Assembly (NCBI GenBank): GCA_030141605.1
Contig: JAQGDQ010000168.1
Location: forward strand, 388,805 to 452,804
DNA from: Tubiluchus corallicola
Lineage: Eukaryota; Animalia; Priapulida
Length of the DNA stretch: 64,000 nt
Direction: 5' to 3'
Part shown: positions 38,015 through 50,128 of the stretch, in pieces
Numbering within the stretch: position 1 is the stretch's first letter
Layout: the number at the start of each line of letters is the position of its first letter
Notes under the pieces: model-generated
Told to the model about the DNA's origin: nothing
The model's input: the letters and a program-made list of their open reading frames with translations, nothing else
The model's database searches: none
Translations under genes and position numbers: made by a program

Positions 38015-39221
38015 ATTTATTTTGCCTATATATAAACAACATATCCAGTGTATTAAAACACTCACAAATAACGCAATACGCTGATGACACTACAATCTAC
38101 ATAGCCCATGAAAATGTCCAAACTGCAAAAAATTATTTAGAAGAAGATATAAAAAATATAAATATGGCATTTAGTCATTACAAGCTAAAAATGAATAATG
38201 ACAAAACAGAATTCATGATACTGTCACCCTCATTAAATACTAATGATGCATCATCAACCACTTTGACAATAGATAATGCTGTAATCAAACAAACTAACAA
38301 TGTTAAATTCCTGGGCATACAAGTAGACAATAATCTTTCATGGGATGATCACTTTAATAACATATACACAAAAATGGCATCTAGCACATCATATCTCCGA
38401 CAAGTTAAAGGGCAACTAACAAAGGAAACTAAAACACTAATATATAAAACTTTAGTTCTACCACACTTCTTATATGGATGTACGCTACTTCAAAAAACCA
38501 AAAGAGAAAATTACTTAAAATTAAATCTCCTTCAAAACCATGCGTTGAGATTGATAGCTGGGTACTCATACAAACACAAGGCAGGTAGACAAAAATTCAA
38601 AGCTTCAACAACTAACCTGAGAAAAACTTTAAAATTCCCAATCATTGAAGCACACAAAGAATATTTTACTCTGCTTTTTATATTTAAATACATTAACAAC
38701 ATCAGCAAACCATTCCAAAATAACAGATTTACCTTTTTTCCAAATCCTATCATTAATTCCAGAACATGCAATCTAAAACAAATTAGGACAAATACCCACT
38801 ATGGAACGAACTCTGTAATCAAACAAGCAATTTTACTTTGGAATTCTCTACCATTACAGGTTAAACAAATCAAGTCCCTATCAGCGTTTAAAACAAAATT
38901 AAAATCACTAATATTAACCAGATATGAAATACCATCACACCAGTACGACAACATACACACTAATTCCGAATTCATATACCCACGGCCATATTAATTAAAT
39001 CATAGTTTGTTTTTTTTTATATTTTTTTGTGTATAGTTGTAAATATGTTTGATTTTATTCATCATTACTGCACAGTAGTTTAGATTGCACTGACGCATTT
39101 GCCTTCAGCAGTGTAAGTTTTTATTAACTAACACTGATTGATTATCTCTATAAAGTTTTTATCAGTGATTATCAATGTTTTTAATGGCAAATAAAGATTA
39201 TTATATATATATATATATATA
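38015..39221 (+). mobile_element. 5'-truncated LINE (L2/CR1 group), RT C-terminal half with 3'UTR
   Basis: Uninterrupted frame LFCLYINN...QYADDTTIY...KMNNDKTEFM...VKFLGIQVDNNLSWDDH...IYKTLVLPHFLYG...LWNSLP to stop at 38994; AATAAA at ~39190 then (TA)n tail. Confidence 0.92.
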
Positions 39222-39309
39222 TTTTAACATTTGTGCCCTTTTTTGATGGTACAAACCTGTGTTAATTAACTTTTGATACCAAAATTAAAAGACACGGTGA
39301 AAAGGTTGG

Positions 39310-39382
39310 GCTAGAACCTGGATTTGATCCAGGTACCTTCTGCTTATAAGGTAAATGCCTTAGACTACAAGGCCACCATAGT
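39310..39382 (-). pseudogene. tRNA-like sequence (tRNA pseudogene or SINE head; anticodon loop resembles Ile-TAT)
   Basis: A-box-like TGGCCTTGTAGTCTAAGG, loop CTTATAA, T-arm CCTGG-ATCAAAT-CCAGG; acceptor and anticodon stems mismatched. Confidence 0.55.
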
Positions 39383-39894
39383 GCCCTGTGGTCAAGGCAG
39401 ACCAGGGTTCATCTTTTTTTAGCTGGCCCACCAAATTCACCATTTTCAATGTTAGATTGGCTCCCTCAAACTAGAATGATTCTAACTTAGATTATATTTT
39501 TATGCTTTTATTGATGTTGAGAGAATTTTTCTTGGAGAGTATTATTAATGATGGTACAAACCCATTGGTCTTCCACTTTTTTATTCACCACAGTATTTAG
39601 CAATATACTGTGGATAAAGGTGATCTGTGAAAGTTGTGACATGTGGAATTGTTAACGCTTTCACTTCCTGGACATCACACACTAAATTTTGATTTAAAGG
39701 TACTATTCCAGTGGTGAGCGAAGGTAATGGATTGGGAGGGACCTCACAAGTGCAATAATCTAGGGCCTCTACTCGTCCAAATCCGGCCCAGTGTTGGTGT
39801 CCGACTTGTGGAAATTATCTGTAAAAGTAATAATCGTGTCTGTTTTTCATACATCTAGAGGAGAACAGCATCAGCCGATAGACAGTAATAGCCC

Positions 39895-40250
39895 GGTTTT
39901 GAATGGCTTTCAAAGAACTCTCTGCTATTTTTTGCAAAACTTCTTCTGCTCTTGAAGAACTGTGTTCTGTTTTTGAATGCTCTCTACTGTTTTGAAGAAT
40001 CCTCTGCTGTTTTTGTGGAGCTCGCTACTGCTTTTGAACAATCATCTACTGTTTCTGAAAAGGTATGTGCTATTTTTGAAGAATCGTCTGCTGTTTATGA
40101 AGAACCCTCTGCTGTTTATGACAGCTCCCTGTTATTTTTGAAGAATCCTCTGATGTTTCTGAAAAACTCTTTACTACTCTTGGAGAACCCTCTGCCGCTT
40201 TTTGGAAACTCTCTGCTGTTCTTCACCAATCTTCCGCTATTTTTGCACAA
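39895..40250. repeat. 21-bp minisatellite (~16 degenerate units)
   Basis: Consensus approx. tttttgaagaactctctgctg. Confidence 0.85.
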
Positions 40251-40462
40251 ACAAGAATCTTGTACTCCTTTCTAGACAGAATTGCATGAATTAAAACACT
40301 GAGTAAAAGTTGGTGTACTACCCCAAATATGTTGTTCACGGAAATCCCTGAAACGTGTGTAAAATGTTCTGATATGTTGCGTAATGAATTTATGAGTATT
40401 TTGCTACATTTACTAACTAGGATTTACAAAAATGCTATAGTGGCAGACGAAACCGTCCAGAA

Positions 40463-40530
40463 GCGGACTTCCCGGTGGTTACCCACCCAGTTCCACTGGC
40501 CAGACTTAAGAGTTCCTGAACCTCTCGTAG
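40463..40530 (-). pseudogene. Degenerate 5S rRNA-like fragment (5S pseudogene or SINE3-like)
   Basis: Minus strand GAGGTTCAG...GTCTGGCCAGTGGAACTGGGTGGGTAACCACCGGGAAGTCCG resembles 5S GAAGCTAAG...GCCTGGTTAGTACTTGGATGGGTGACCGCCTGGGAATACCG. Confidence 0.4.
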
Positions 40531-41571
40531 CCAAGCGTGTACCGTAACAGCTCGCCACAGGGCTAAAAAATAGCTGTGGTCAGCGATCTGAGCACCTTGA
40601 TCGTATCCAAGTGGGATTTTCTGTTTATAGGTCAAGGACAAAATGCAAACTGCCATGCGAATCATGATAACTCTAGGTCCCAGGTAAGCATTTGTTAAAC
40701 AAATATTTTGCTGAGCCATATACATGCAGCAAAGTGCGTATGTTGCTTAACCAAGTGTTGACTACGCCAACTCGAGCGGTAACGTAGAGTAATTAGTAAC
40801 AGTAACTTTATTTTGTTGTTGAGTAATATAAAATCATTTCCTACAGATTTGTTAAAGGTAAGTAGTTGTGATGTTATAAGCTATAACATTTTCTCATTCG
40901 GTCTTAAAAGACAACCTTGCAGGTTTTCCTAAGAAAAGCCGAAAATTACTAATATCTGGTAGTAATAATTCGGGAAATATAATATAGAGGATTAAGTGGA
41001 ACGTTTTGCAACACTGATAAACAGTTACCGTTTTCTATGCTAATGAATGGCGCATGCGTGACTGCTAAATATACAGTGAGCGCCTGCAAAGGCAGGTAAT
41101 AGACTTGGTATTTTCGAGTTCTGCCTAGTTTTTAACAGACTTGCAATTTAAATTGAAAATTATTAATATTCATTCGTTATACGACTTTTTGCCTGCTTTT
41201 TACTTGCCTGCTAGAATTTAGTGCATCACTGTTGGAAAGTGGTAGAATATGCAAGTGCATGTACGCTCAAGGTTCAAAACTTCTAGATTTTTTAAATTTC
41301 TTTTGCCATTGCTTAATGCCGCCGTGCAATTGGAGTTGACATATTTTACTGTCTAAGTGTCAAAACCTTTAGTTCCGGATTTATTTCTCTTAGCCCTTGT
41401 TGCTGTTCACAAGTTAACTATCCACTTACGTCACATTTCATATGCATCACAGTACATTGTCAACTTAAAATAAGTATAGCCTCAAACAATTTTAACATGT
41501 CAGTTATTGTATCAATTTGTTCAACATTGGTTTCCCTTGCAGGGCAGACTGAGACGCTGCATTTATTGAAA

Positions 41572-41694
41572 ATGACTGAAGAAACAAGATCACCTGAATA
41601 TCAAGAAACTTTCCAAAAATGGGAAAACCTTATACTGGATTGTACCGAATCCACTGAAGTTAAATATGACAAGAATGCGGACGAATATGATAAG
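41572..41694 (+). CDS. METTL27: METTL27/WBSCR27-like methyltransferase, coding exon 1 (227 aa in total)
   Basis: Acceptor cccttgcag| at 41542; ATG 41572; ...YDKNADEYDK|gtatac, phase 0. Confidence 0.8.
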
Positions 41695-42148
41695 GTATAC
41701 CGTTTCGCAAAGCTGATTGTAGATTGCTATTGATGTTCCTTGACGTCTGCAGTTGCTGAATGAATTGTGTAAACAGTGGTGTTTGATCTCTACTATCGTT
41801 TTCAAGTCGCTATAAAAAGTACAAGATATGTGTGAAAGCCAAAGCAGGTTTTTTTATAGTACACATTTAGAAGTAAATGACTACCTGTCCATACGATCAT
41901 TATCATCAAAAAAAATATTATTACTGTCTGGTTTTCTAAAACTCATTCTTTATCTACGTCTAACTAGCCTGAAAATTGAGAAAACTTTAATGTGCTACTG
42001 CTAGCTGCCTTGTTGGATTACTGCATGTATAAGCATTTGTATTTATTAAAATTTAACCCTCTTGAGCATAAACATCACAGCCAACGTTTCAAGCTATTTA
42101 ATGCCTTTCAGGCCAGTAAAGACAGTGGACCTTTTCGCCCTTTTTCAG

Positions 42149-42274
42149 GATATGGAGATACTAGAATGGAAAGGACCGGCACTGGCAGCAGATCGTTTTG
42201 AAAAGCATTTTCCACAGCAAAATGATGTCAGGATTCTAGACATTGGGGCAGGTTCTGGGCTTGTTGCAGAACAT
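42149..42274 (+). CDS. METTL27: METTL27-like methyltransferase, coding exon 2
   Basis: tttttcag|GAT; SAM motif I RILDIGAGSGLVAEH; donor gtgagt. Confidence 0.9.
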
Positions 42275-42431
42275 GTGAGTTTAGTAACTGTTTTGCCTAC
42301 AATCTACATCTTAGCTTTAGTCAAGTTATCAAAAATGAGTGTGTGAATTTCAATCACTCGTTTTAGAATAAAAATTATTTAATCTAGCACATCAGGTATA
42401 GTATCTCATAATTAGGTCTACTTTTTTAAAG

Positions 42432-42570
42432 TTAAGGAAAAAGGGTTACACCAATATGGATGCGCTTGATGTATCACAAGGTATGCTGAATAAAGCAAAA
42501 GAAAAGGGTCTATACCACAAGTACATCTGTACCATGTTTGGTTCTGAGAGAATACCAGATATTAAGACAG
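42432..42570 (+). CDS. METTL27: METTL27-like methyltransferase, coding exon 3
   Basis: ttttttaaag|TTA; LRKKGYTNMDALDVSQGMLNKAKEKGLY...; donor G|gtaaga, phase 1. Confidence 0.9.
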
Positions 42571-42843
42571 GTAAGACGTGAAAAAATACGTTACACATGT
42601 CGTCAACTTATAGGGAGAAGAAAGAGTAACATATGTCTTAATTTGTAATTTTGAGCACTTCTACTTCCATCTCATTCTTCACACATGCAAATTAAATTAC
42701 TTTTCCAACAGCAACTTCTGTAACTATTTGCCAAACAATACCATGGTTAAGAACTGGATAAAAAAGCAAGACCTTATTTTCTATTTTATTTGCAAAAATA
42801 AAGGTAGGCTTTTATTTTGTGTATTTTTGGTGACTTTTTGCAG

Positions 42844-42936
42844 ACGATTATGATGCTATCATCTGCGTTGGAGCCATTGGATGTCATCATTTACCAGCTG
42901 ACTGTCTTCTTGAAATGATTAGAATAGTAAAGCCAG
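42844..42936 (+). CDS. METTL27: METTL27-like methyltransferase, coding exon 4
   Basis: tttttgcag|AC; DYDAIICVGAIGCHHLPADCLLEMIRIVKPG; donor G|gtaaat. Confidence 0.9.
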
Positions 42937-43670
42937 GTAAATAAACTACTTTTCTTTACTTGTGATAAGCAAACGTGTCACTAAAAGATATAGCCTTGTG
43001 AAAACTGAAATAATTATTTAATTTTATTTTATAAAAATTATGTGCAATACAAAAGCCAAAATACATAAAATACACTATACAAGTCATACAGATATAAGTA
43101 TAATGCAATACAGAATTAAAAATGAAAACATGAAAAGGACATCATTACCTAGGCTAAGCGAGAAATATGACATTAATACAAATTTACCCGTTAATTACGT
43201 CCAATGTTTATTATGCATAATGTGTAAAGATATTCATGTCCATATAAAGCTTTAAATAAGTTTTATTTTATTGTGATGTCGTCTATGATAACAAGGATTC
43301 ATAATTTACTACATGTATTAACTAAAAAAATTATAAAAAAAGAAAAGATAGAAGTAAAATGAAACACTTAACAAGAGTTTATAGCTGACACTTGCGCGTT
43401 GAGTCGAAATGCAAACCAAAGGATTAAACCAAAAATTACTGAATCACTACTGACTTAATGACAGCAACCAAGGAAAGAAAACAAAATGAAACCGAAGCCG
43501 AACATGGCCCAGAACGCACTGCCCTCGAGTTTACGAGAACAGGTTACACGCGCGAGAAAATTGGCCTAGAAAACTGAGCTCTAATTGGCCGAGGCAATTT
43601 TACACTCAGTACACTACATTTTCATGAAGCCCGTGGTCTCCGAGACGGTTTAATCCTGCGACTCACCACA

Positions 43671-43943
43671 TTATCTTATCTTATCTTATCTTATCTTATC
43701 TTATCTTATCTTATCTTATCTTATCTTATCTTATCTTATCTTATCTTATCTTATCTTATCTTATCTTATCTTATCTTATCTTATCTTATCTTATCTTATC
43801 TTATCTTATCTTATCTTATCTTATCTTATCTTATCTTATCTTATCTTATCTTATCTTATCTTATCTTATCTTATCTTATCTTATCTTATCTTATCTTATC
43901 TTATCTTATCTTATCTTATCTTATCTTATCTTATCTTATCTTA
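43671..43943. repeat. Perfect (TTATC)n pentanucleotide array, ~54 units, in METTL27-like intron 4
   Basis: Direct inspection. Confidence 0.97.
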
Positions 43944-44318
43944 TAGGGTCAAAACAAATTTATTTGCATCCATATCGAAAGGTAATGTCATTGCATCAAC
44001 TCCTAATATACTCATTTCTAAGTAAGTTATTCTGAATTCCACTGAATCTCAGAAATCCTCTCATTCAAAATGATATTTAAATTCGCTATTGAAAATCAGC
44101 CGCACGATACATACTGTTCATGTAAACAGTTTACCACAAGTGTCCTTAGAAACAAAACTTCCATTAATACTACAGGTTTTATCCAACTGATAGGCTTATT
44201 GTGAACTATGAAACTACTGAAATTAAGTATAAGTTGGTTGTATTACACACAGATGCATTTGTTTAATGCCCAGAAATCGAATAAGAACAGTTGTAAAGTA
44301 TTTTCTTTGATTTGACAG

Positions 44319-44521
44319 GTGGCATCATTTTAATACTTTACTTCAGCGACCTGGAAAGGGACAACTTGGAAGCTCTCCCAGTTTTACAAGAAAAGCTTGT
44401 CAGGGCAGGTGTGTTGGAGGTGTTGAGTGATGAACGAATTGCTAACGTCTATCCCAAAGAAACAGGAATTTTGACTGTTTACAACGTGAAAGCATCTGAA
44501 ATGAAGCCAGACCAAGTGTAA
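44319..44521 (+). CDS. METTL27: METTL27-like methyltransferase, coding exon 5 (terminal)
   Basis: tttgacag|GT completes KPGG; GIILILYFSD...ETGILTVYNVK...*; exon lengths sum to 684 nt, in frame. Confidence 0.85.
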
Positions 44522-44899
44522 CACTTTCCCTAACATTTAGTGAGAAGAATTCAACACGTAAAAAATCCATTTTATTGTTACCTTCTGTTGACATATAAAA
44601 TAGGAACATGGCCTTCTAAGAAACCACTGGTGTGATCTGAAACTATGCTATAGCTTATTGCTTCTTCATCACACAACATTAAATTCTTGCTAAATTTCAC
44701 AATACAAACAATTAGAAAAATAAAGTCGCAGTTGCAAATGACACTACAGTTGTGGAAGTTTTTGCTAACCACAGTTTTCAAGTAGCTTTGATATTTATAA
44801 ACGATTTTTCTTGCTGCTCATAAATACTTTGACGGATACGAGAAGATGTAAATTGCCATGACGTGTGTATAGCTGCCGAAGTTTAGTCTAGTCGGTAAG

Positions 44900-45662
44900 T
44901 AGAGGAAAGTGCCCTATAGAGCCCACTGTGCCTAAAGCGCCCACCTGCCAGTTTTACGCAAACTACAGCCAGACATGTACGCAAATTAACACAGCTTTAC
45001 TTCGCATGGATTTTCTGATTGTGAACAGTGCAAAGAGGAGTGAAGGCAAAGAAAAGAGGAAGCATAGGACTCTAAAGTATTTTGCCTCTTCTTGATCTAA
45101 TTTTTGGGTGTGCTAAAAAGTGTGATAGCTAATGAACGTTTGTATATAATGGTTCGGCTTTTAGGTCGTTGGAAAGAGTTAGTAATTTACTACCCTTAAC
45201 TCATTAATTCAGTTATTGTTGTTTCATTATATTTTTTAAAAAATATCTTTTACTAGCAGATGGCAATGTGCTTAAAGCGCCCACCCTTGGTGTTCCCAAA
45301 ATGCACCCCGGGTGGGCTCTTTATCCACAGTTAATTAGCCCACTAATTATACGTCCATCATCAATGATTTTCAATCTATCTTCTGTTTGGATACTTCTTA
45401 TTTTATTTAGACAGAGAAAATCTAATGTAACCAAATAAGAATGATGTAGGCTGAATTACCATTACTCCCAGTCTCATCGATGTTAATGTTAAACAATTAC
45501 AATGCTCTCAATTTAACTTTGTACACTAGATGAAAACATTGCTTCTTAATGAGCGGTGCCTTAAACATAATCTTAATGATACTTTGCGAATAAATATTTA
45601 TGCAATCGACAAGTTGTAAAAACACTTCAAACTTTAAGGGGTGCGCTATAGGGCATCCTATA
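44900..45662. mobile_element. MITE-like DNA transposon remnant
   Basis: tgccctatagagcccac at 44910 vs gtgcgctatagggca near 45641 (inverted); internal repeats tgtgc.taaagcgcccacc at ~44927 and ~45267. Confidence 0.55.
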
Positions 45663-46114
45663 ATAAATTTTAGTAAATGGGTGAATGTTGCATGAGTTCA
45701 ATATTCGCTCTATACGGCACGTTTCACTATATACTATTCACTATTTACCTTGATGAAGGGTGCTTCACATATGTGACGCTCAGGCTTATTTTATGCCAGT
45801 TTATGTAACTAGTTACTAACTGTTATAATTCCACCATTAATTATTTACAATTTTTATAAAAGAAGTTTAGTTAAACTATTTAACGGTATAACGATAAAAG
45901 CCAACCTGTTCTGAAATCAGATTTCACCTGTACATTCAATGACACTGTTTATGCATTACTATTTCATGTGATTGAAACCACGTAGACGAAACTTTGGTTC
46001 GCCCAGGTATTCCGCTTTAAGTTGTCGAGTTAAGCGGACGTTCTCATGTCATAAAATGATGGTTTAGTAGTAACCGTGCTTGTTTGTAGAAAAGCGATCT
46101 GTCTACATAGTTAC

Positions 46115-46285
46115 GACAGAGATGATAGCTGCATACCAGCGATGATACTTACCTGTTGCTGATTACATTTTCCTGACGCTGATAATACATAACCTGTTAA
46201 AGACTATACTTACCAGTTGTCGGTGATGTCTGCTGCTGATGATACTTACCCATATTTACCTGATGTTGATGATACTGCCGTTGGT
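46115..46285. repeat. Degenerate ~20-23 bp tandem repeat
   Basis: gatgatacttacctgttgct-like units. Confidence 0.6.
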
Positions 46286-46324
46286 GCTTCCATGCTGTGA
46301 TTACGAAACTGGTGATCCTTACCT

Positions 46325-46791
46325 TGTGACGAGTACAGGAGTTCGAATGCTACTTTATTTTGGCGTCATATAAGTGGAGGCGAGGACGTCATCAGGAGTC
46401 GTCAAAGTTTGGAGACGTCGTTCACGTAATCAGATCCATGAAGAGGTAGTGTGGTCAACCGTTCTATGGTACACCATTTCTCGATGAAGCCCCCTGGTGA
46501 GGAGTCAGAGAGAGATGACGCGGAATGGGAGCAGGAGAAAAACGCCTGGTGATGCCGAGACAGGACTGATGAAAAACGTTACGTTGTTCCCTTTTTTCTT
46601 AGCCGGCTTAATCTCTATTATTAATATTTGTCTTGTAATGTATTATGAGATATTCATTAAATCGTTGTATTATTTTATTAATTCAGTGGTCTTTTCCCAG
46701 TGTTTTCGACTAAGTGTTTTATTCTTTACCTAGGGGTTGCACTTAAGTCACGAACCACATAAGTCAGCGAAAATTAGACTACATCGTCACA
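46325..46791 (+). mobile_element. Candidate solo LTR (467 bp)
   Basis: Perfect 8-bp terminal inverted repeat TGTGACGA...TCGTCACA; TATAA ~46369; ATTAAA ~46656 followed by T-rich stretch; no clean TSD. Confidence 0.55.
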
Positions 46792-49609
46792 CATCCTAAC
46801 ATGCTTAGGACTCCTCTACGAAGCTGTACTGTCACATTGCATGTGTTTGTTTAATGAACTTCTATTACATTAAAAACAAACAAGTACGACAAACAAACAA
46901 GCATGACCTTTACATGTATAATGATTAATGAATGTTTAACTAACTGCATGACAGATGGCAGCACATCATAATTTGCGCAAATTTCAGCTTGTCTAACGGG
47001 CTTCAAAGCAATACTGTCGCTGACTTGTTATTATGAATTTATGATGCTATATCTACAAGTCTATAGATACAGTAAGATACCGGAGGTAATCTATTTGCAG
47101 CTGCTTAGCATTATTTATCTAGGGACAATCGGCGCCTGTCAATAAATATTTTTGTGCATCCACTCCACAAGGATTATTCTTTTCTAAAGATTTTCTTTTA
47201 GCAGATGTTTAGCTTCAACTCCCCAGAGTCACCTATCGGACACGCATTATATAATAAAGAACAGCAAAAGGACCATGCCCTCACAAAGGGGAAAGATCCC
47301 GAGCTCAGTAAAAGGGAAAAAATTAGTAACACTTAAGCCAAAAGTGTATCAAGCTGTCAACATTTGCATGACTTTTAATAGACAAAGCGTAACTGAATGA
47401 ATTCAGATCCAAATTCGCCAGCGTGACCATGCATTACTTGACTATATACCTGGCGATCCCCCCTCAACTCACGTTTGACTGACAGTTGCTGTATTTTCAC
47501 ATGTCAGCTCCTATTTCAGGCCATTTAACAATTCCAACTGTGTGTATACACTTCAATTTTCGTGATTCTAGGTACTGTCTGGTGCCCTTAATGAATTCCA
47601 GCTCTTTAGAGAATCAGGTACATCCCATCGTTTCCACAAACCCACAGTACTAACTATTAAGAAACATTTTTGAATTTAACTCAGTGCTCTAGCTGGGAGG
47701 AGTTGAATGACAACTGAAACCGATGTCCATGTCACTTTGAACAAGCTCACTGTTTACCACACAATTTTCAAAACCTGTAACGCAGGTGTCAACCTTGCAA
47801 GTTTCGTGACTCTGCAGACTGCAGTTTGAAGTTAATCAGAGTTATGACTCTAACTGTGTCATATGTCTCTAACTGTGACCCTATGTCACGTTTCCTTGAC
47901 AATTTGAGGGAGTTTATAATTCACCATATGTCAATAAACGTAAATTTAAACGATACCTTTGTTTATGTTTCTACACCAGGGTGTCAATCCTGCAAGTTTG
48001 AAGTTTTGTGACCGTGCATACTAACTTCATAGTTTTGGAGTTACTCAAATTTTGTGACTTGAAATGACCTAGCTTCCAGTGTGTCCTTGGTCCTTTGACC
48101 AACGTCGCAGTCCACCTTATCTTTGTCTATGCCCCTAGACAAAGCCTGCAAGTTGAGCATCCCTAGTTCTCTGCATTTGAGTAACAAAATCATTTGCCTT
48201 AGTTTGTCGATTAAATCGCCAGAATAATTTTTATAACTGCAACAGTTTTATTACAATTTTAATGAATTTCAATACAGCCAGTAACACTGTGGGTAGGCAA
48301 GGCATTTATTATATAATCTGCAATATCTACAAAAATAATATACAATCTTACAGTAATACGTGTAATAAATATATGCTATCCAGCATCCACTATTATAGGC
48401 CAAAACATTAAAACACTTGAAATGTTACACAAGTTGCTGGTATAAATTTGTTGATACAAATTTTAAAAGAACTCATAAGCAGACCATTTTTCATACACTT
48501 AGGTAATCCATTACTGCTGTCTTGACAAGAAAAACAAAAATGTAAATAACAGTACTTTTTATTCAAAAGCTGTAATATTTGACCAAAGCCATTTATAATT
48601 AGCAATAGTATGTAGCAGCAGATTCACTGCTCTGATTTTCCTACTATAGCATGCGTATTTAGCGTCTGTGTTATGCATAGCATTTTAATACTTCATGATT
48701 ATAATCCAGGCATTAAACTTACGTTTCGTATAACTTATGTGCAAAGTGTTTCCAAAAATCATTGTCGTTATACAAACCCCTGTATTTACTCATTTACTCC
48801 TTAGTACCTATGTTATATTGTTTGCTATTATATGTTAACGATTTTGATACAGTTATGGGCCTACTGGCTTAAAATAACATATTACTTACATATTTCTCCA
48901 CTAGAAAATAGTAACTTTGCAGTTAATTGTAGCACCTATAGATAGAGTTTAATTATATAGCCTATACTTTTCAAATGCATAATAAATTACCACATTAAAA
49001 TAACATATTATTTTTAACATGAAACTAAAAATTTACTCAACATATTTATTTAAAAGCAAATTTCAGGAACGAAGACATAACAATATTCTATTACTGTCTT
49101 AGACTGTTTTGACAATAATTAATTAATTCTCACATTTAAGACAGAGAGATTCTGACACTAAGGAAAACCTGTTCGTAGATATGTTTAATCATGGCTGAAA
49201 CAGTTACTTTCTAGGACGAGCTGCTGGCATTTGATAGTTAGCGAAGCGTTCCAGACATACGAGGTCTTCGTCCTTAGAGATTGACAGAAGTTGTAAATAA
49301 GTGCTTAAAACTCTAATCTCTTCACCAGGCTTCAAAACTGCACAGAAGCCTGGTTTCCATTTGTCTCCACCCTTCTATGACAAGCAAAGTGTACTACGAA
49401 TGATAGGTACTCAAGCATATGCATGTAGTTAAATAGCGAAGTTTTCCAAAAAATGTCAAACTATGGCTCTGTAAACAAATTCGTGATCAAAATAGACACT
49501 GGGTAAGAACTGCAAGATTTTTAATTGCGGCGACTAACGTTGCATCTTTACATTTTCAGGTGATATGTTATCACAGATTAGTTACACCGACTGTTACTGG
49601 AGTTAAAAA

Positions 49610-50128
49610 TCAAGTCTCACTTATGCTGTCAGAGCTTTCGCTTGACTCGGTGTTATGCTTTGCTTTCTGGTTGGCCAGACGTGATCTCTGCTTCCGCTCG
49701 CGGGAAGATCGGAAGGCCGATTCCAGACAATCCCGTCTCTCGGATTCATCTGAATCCAGACTTTCGATAGTGGCATCAAATCTCAAATTGACAAGCTCAT
49801 CCATGGTACGTGAGAACTCCTCAAACTTCTGCTTTAGCCTTACAGCTTTCTTTGCTTGTTGCTCAGCCATGGCATTTGTGCCCACATCATCAACAATGTT
49901 GTCTTCATCAACTTCTGTAATCTCGTCAAAAGTAACCGGCTGGGTCTTATATCTTGCGGCTGCTGACCGGATCTGCCGTCTACCCTTCTTGCGACGGAAG
50001 GATGATTGAGGGGACCGTGACCGGTCCAGTCCAGATACACTAGAAAATGCTGACAATCTCTCTGGATAAACTGTATTAGGGTAAACAGAGTCTGGATACA
50101 CTTCCGTGGTATAGTTCAAGTGTGCCAT
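49610..50128 (-). CDS. Uncharacterised 172-aa protein with RYKTQPVTFDEITEVDE motif; may extend into upstream exons
   Basis: Higher-GC ORF preceded by acceptor ttttttacag|ACGATGG (exon start 50131); basic patch RRKKGRR, acidic patch, helical LKQKFEEFSRTMDEL; I recall the motif from conserved invertebrate hypothetical proteins. Confidence 0.75.
   Translation of the reverse strand: MAHLNYTTEVYPDSVYPNTVYPERLSAFSSVSGLDRSRSPQSSFRRKKGRRQIRSAAARYKTQPVTFDEITEVDEDNIVDDVGTNAMAEQQAKKAVRLKQKFEEFSRTMDELVNLRFDATIESLDSDESERRDCLESAFRSSRERKQRSRLANQKAKHNTESSESSDSISET

Noticed and set aside
39952-40275. 107-aa ORF with heptad periodicity
   Set aside because: Product of the 21-bp minisatellite; TTG start and frame drift between units
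47560-48200. Possible Helitron-associated repeat with tgacc/gcaagttt motifs
   Set aside because: Boundaries and termini could not be defined by eye
49560-50009. 149-aa plus-strand ORF
   Set aside because: Antisense shadow of the real minus-strand exon
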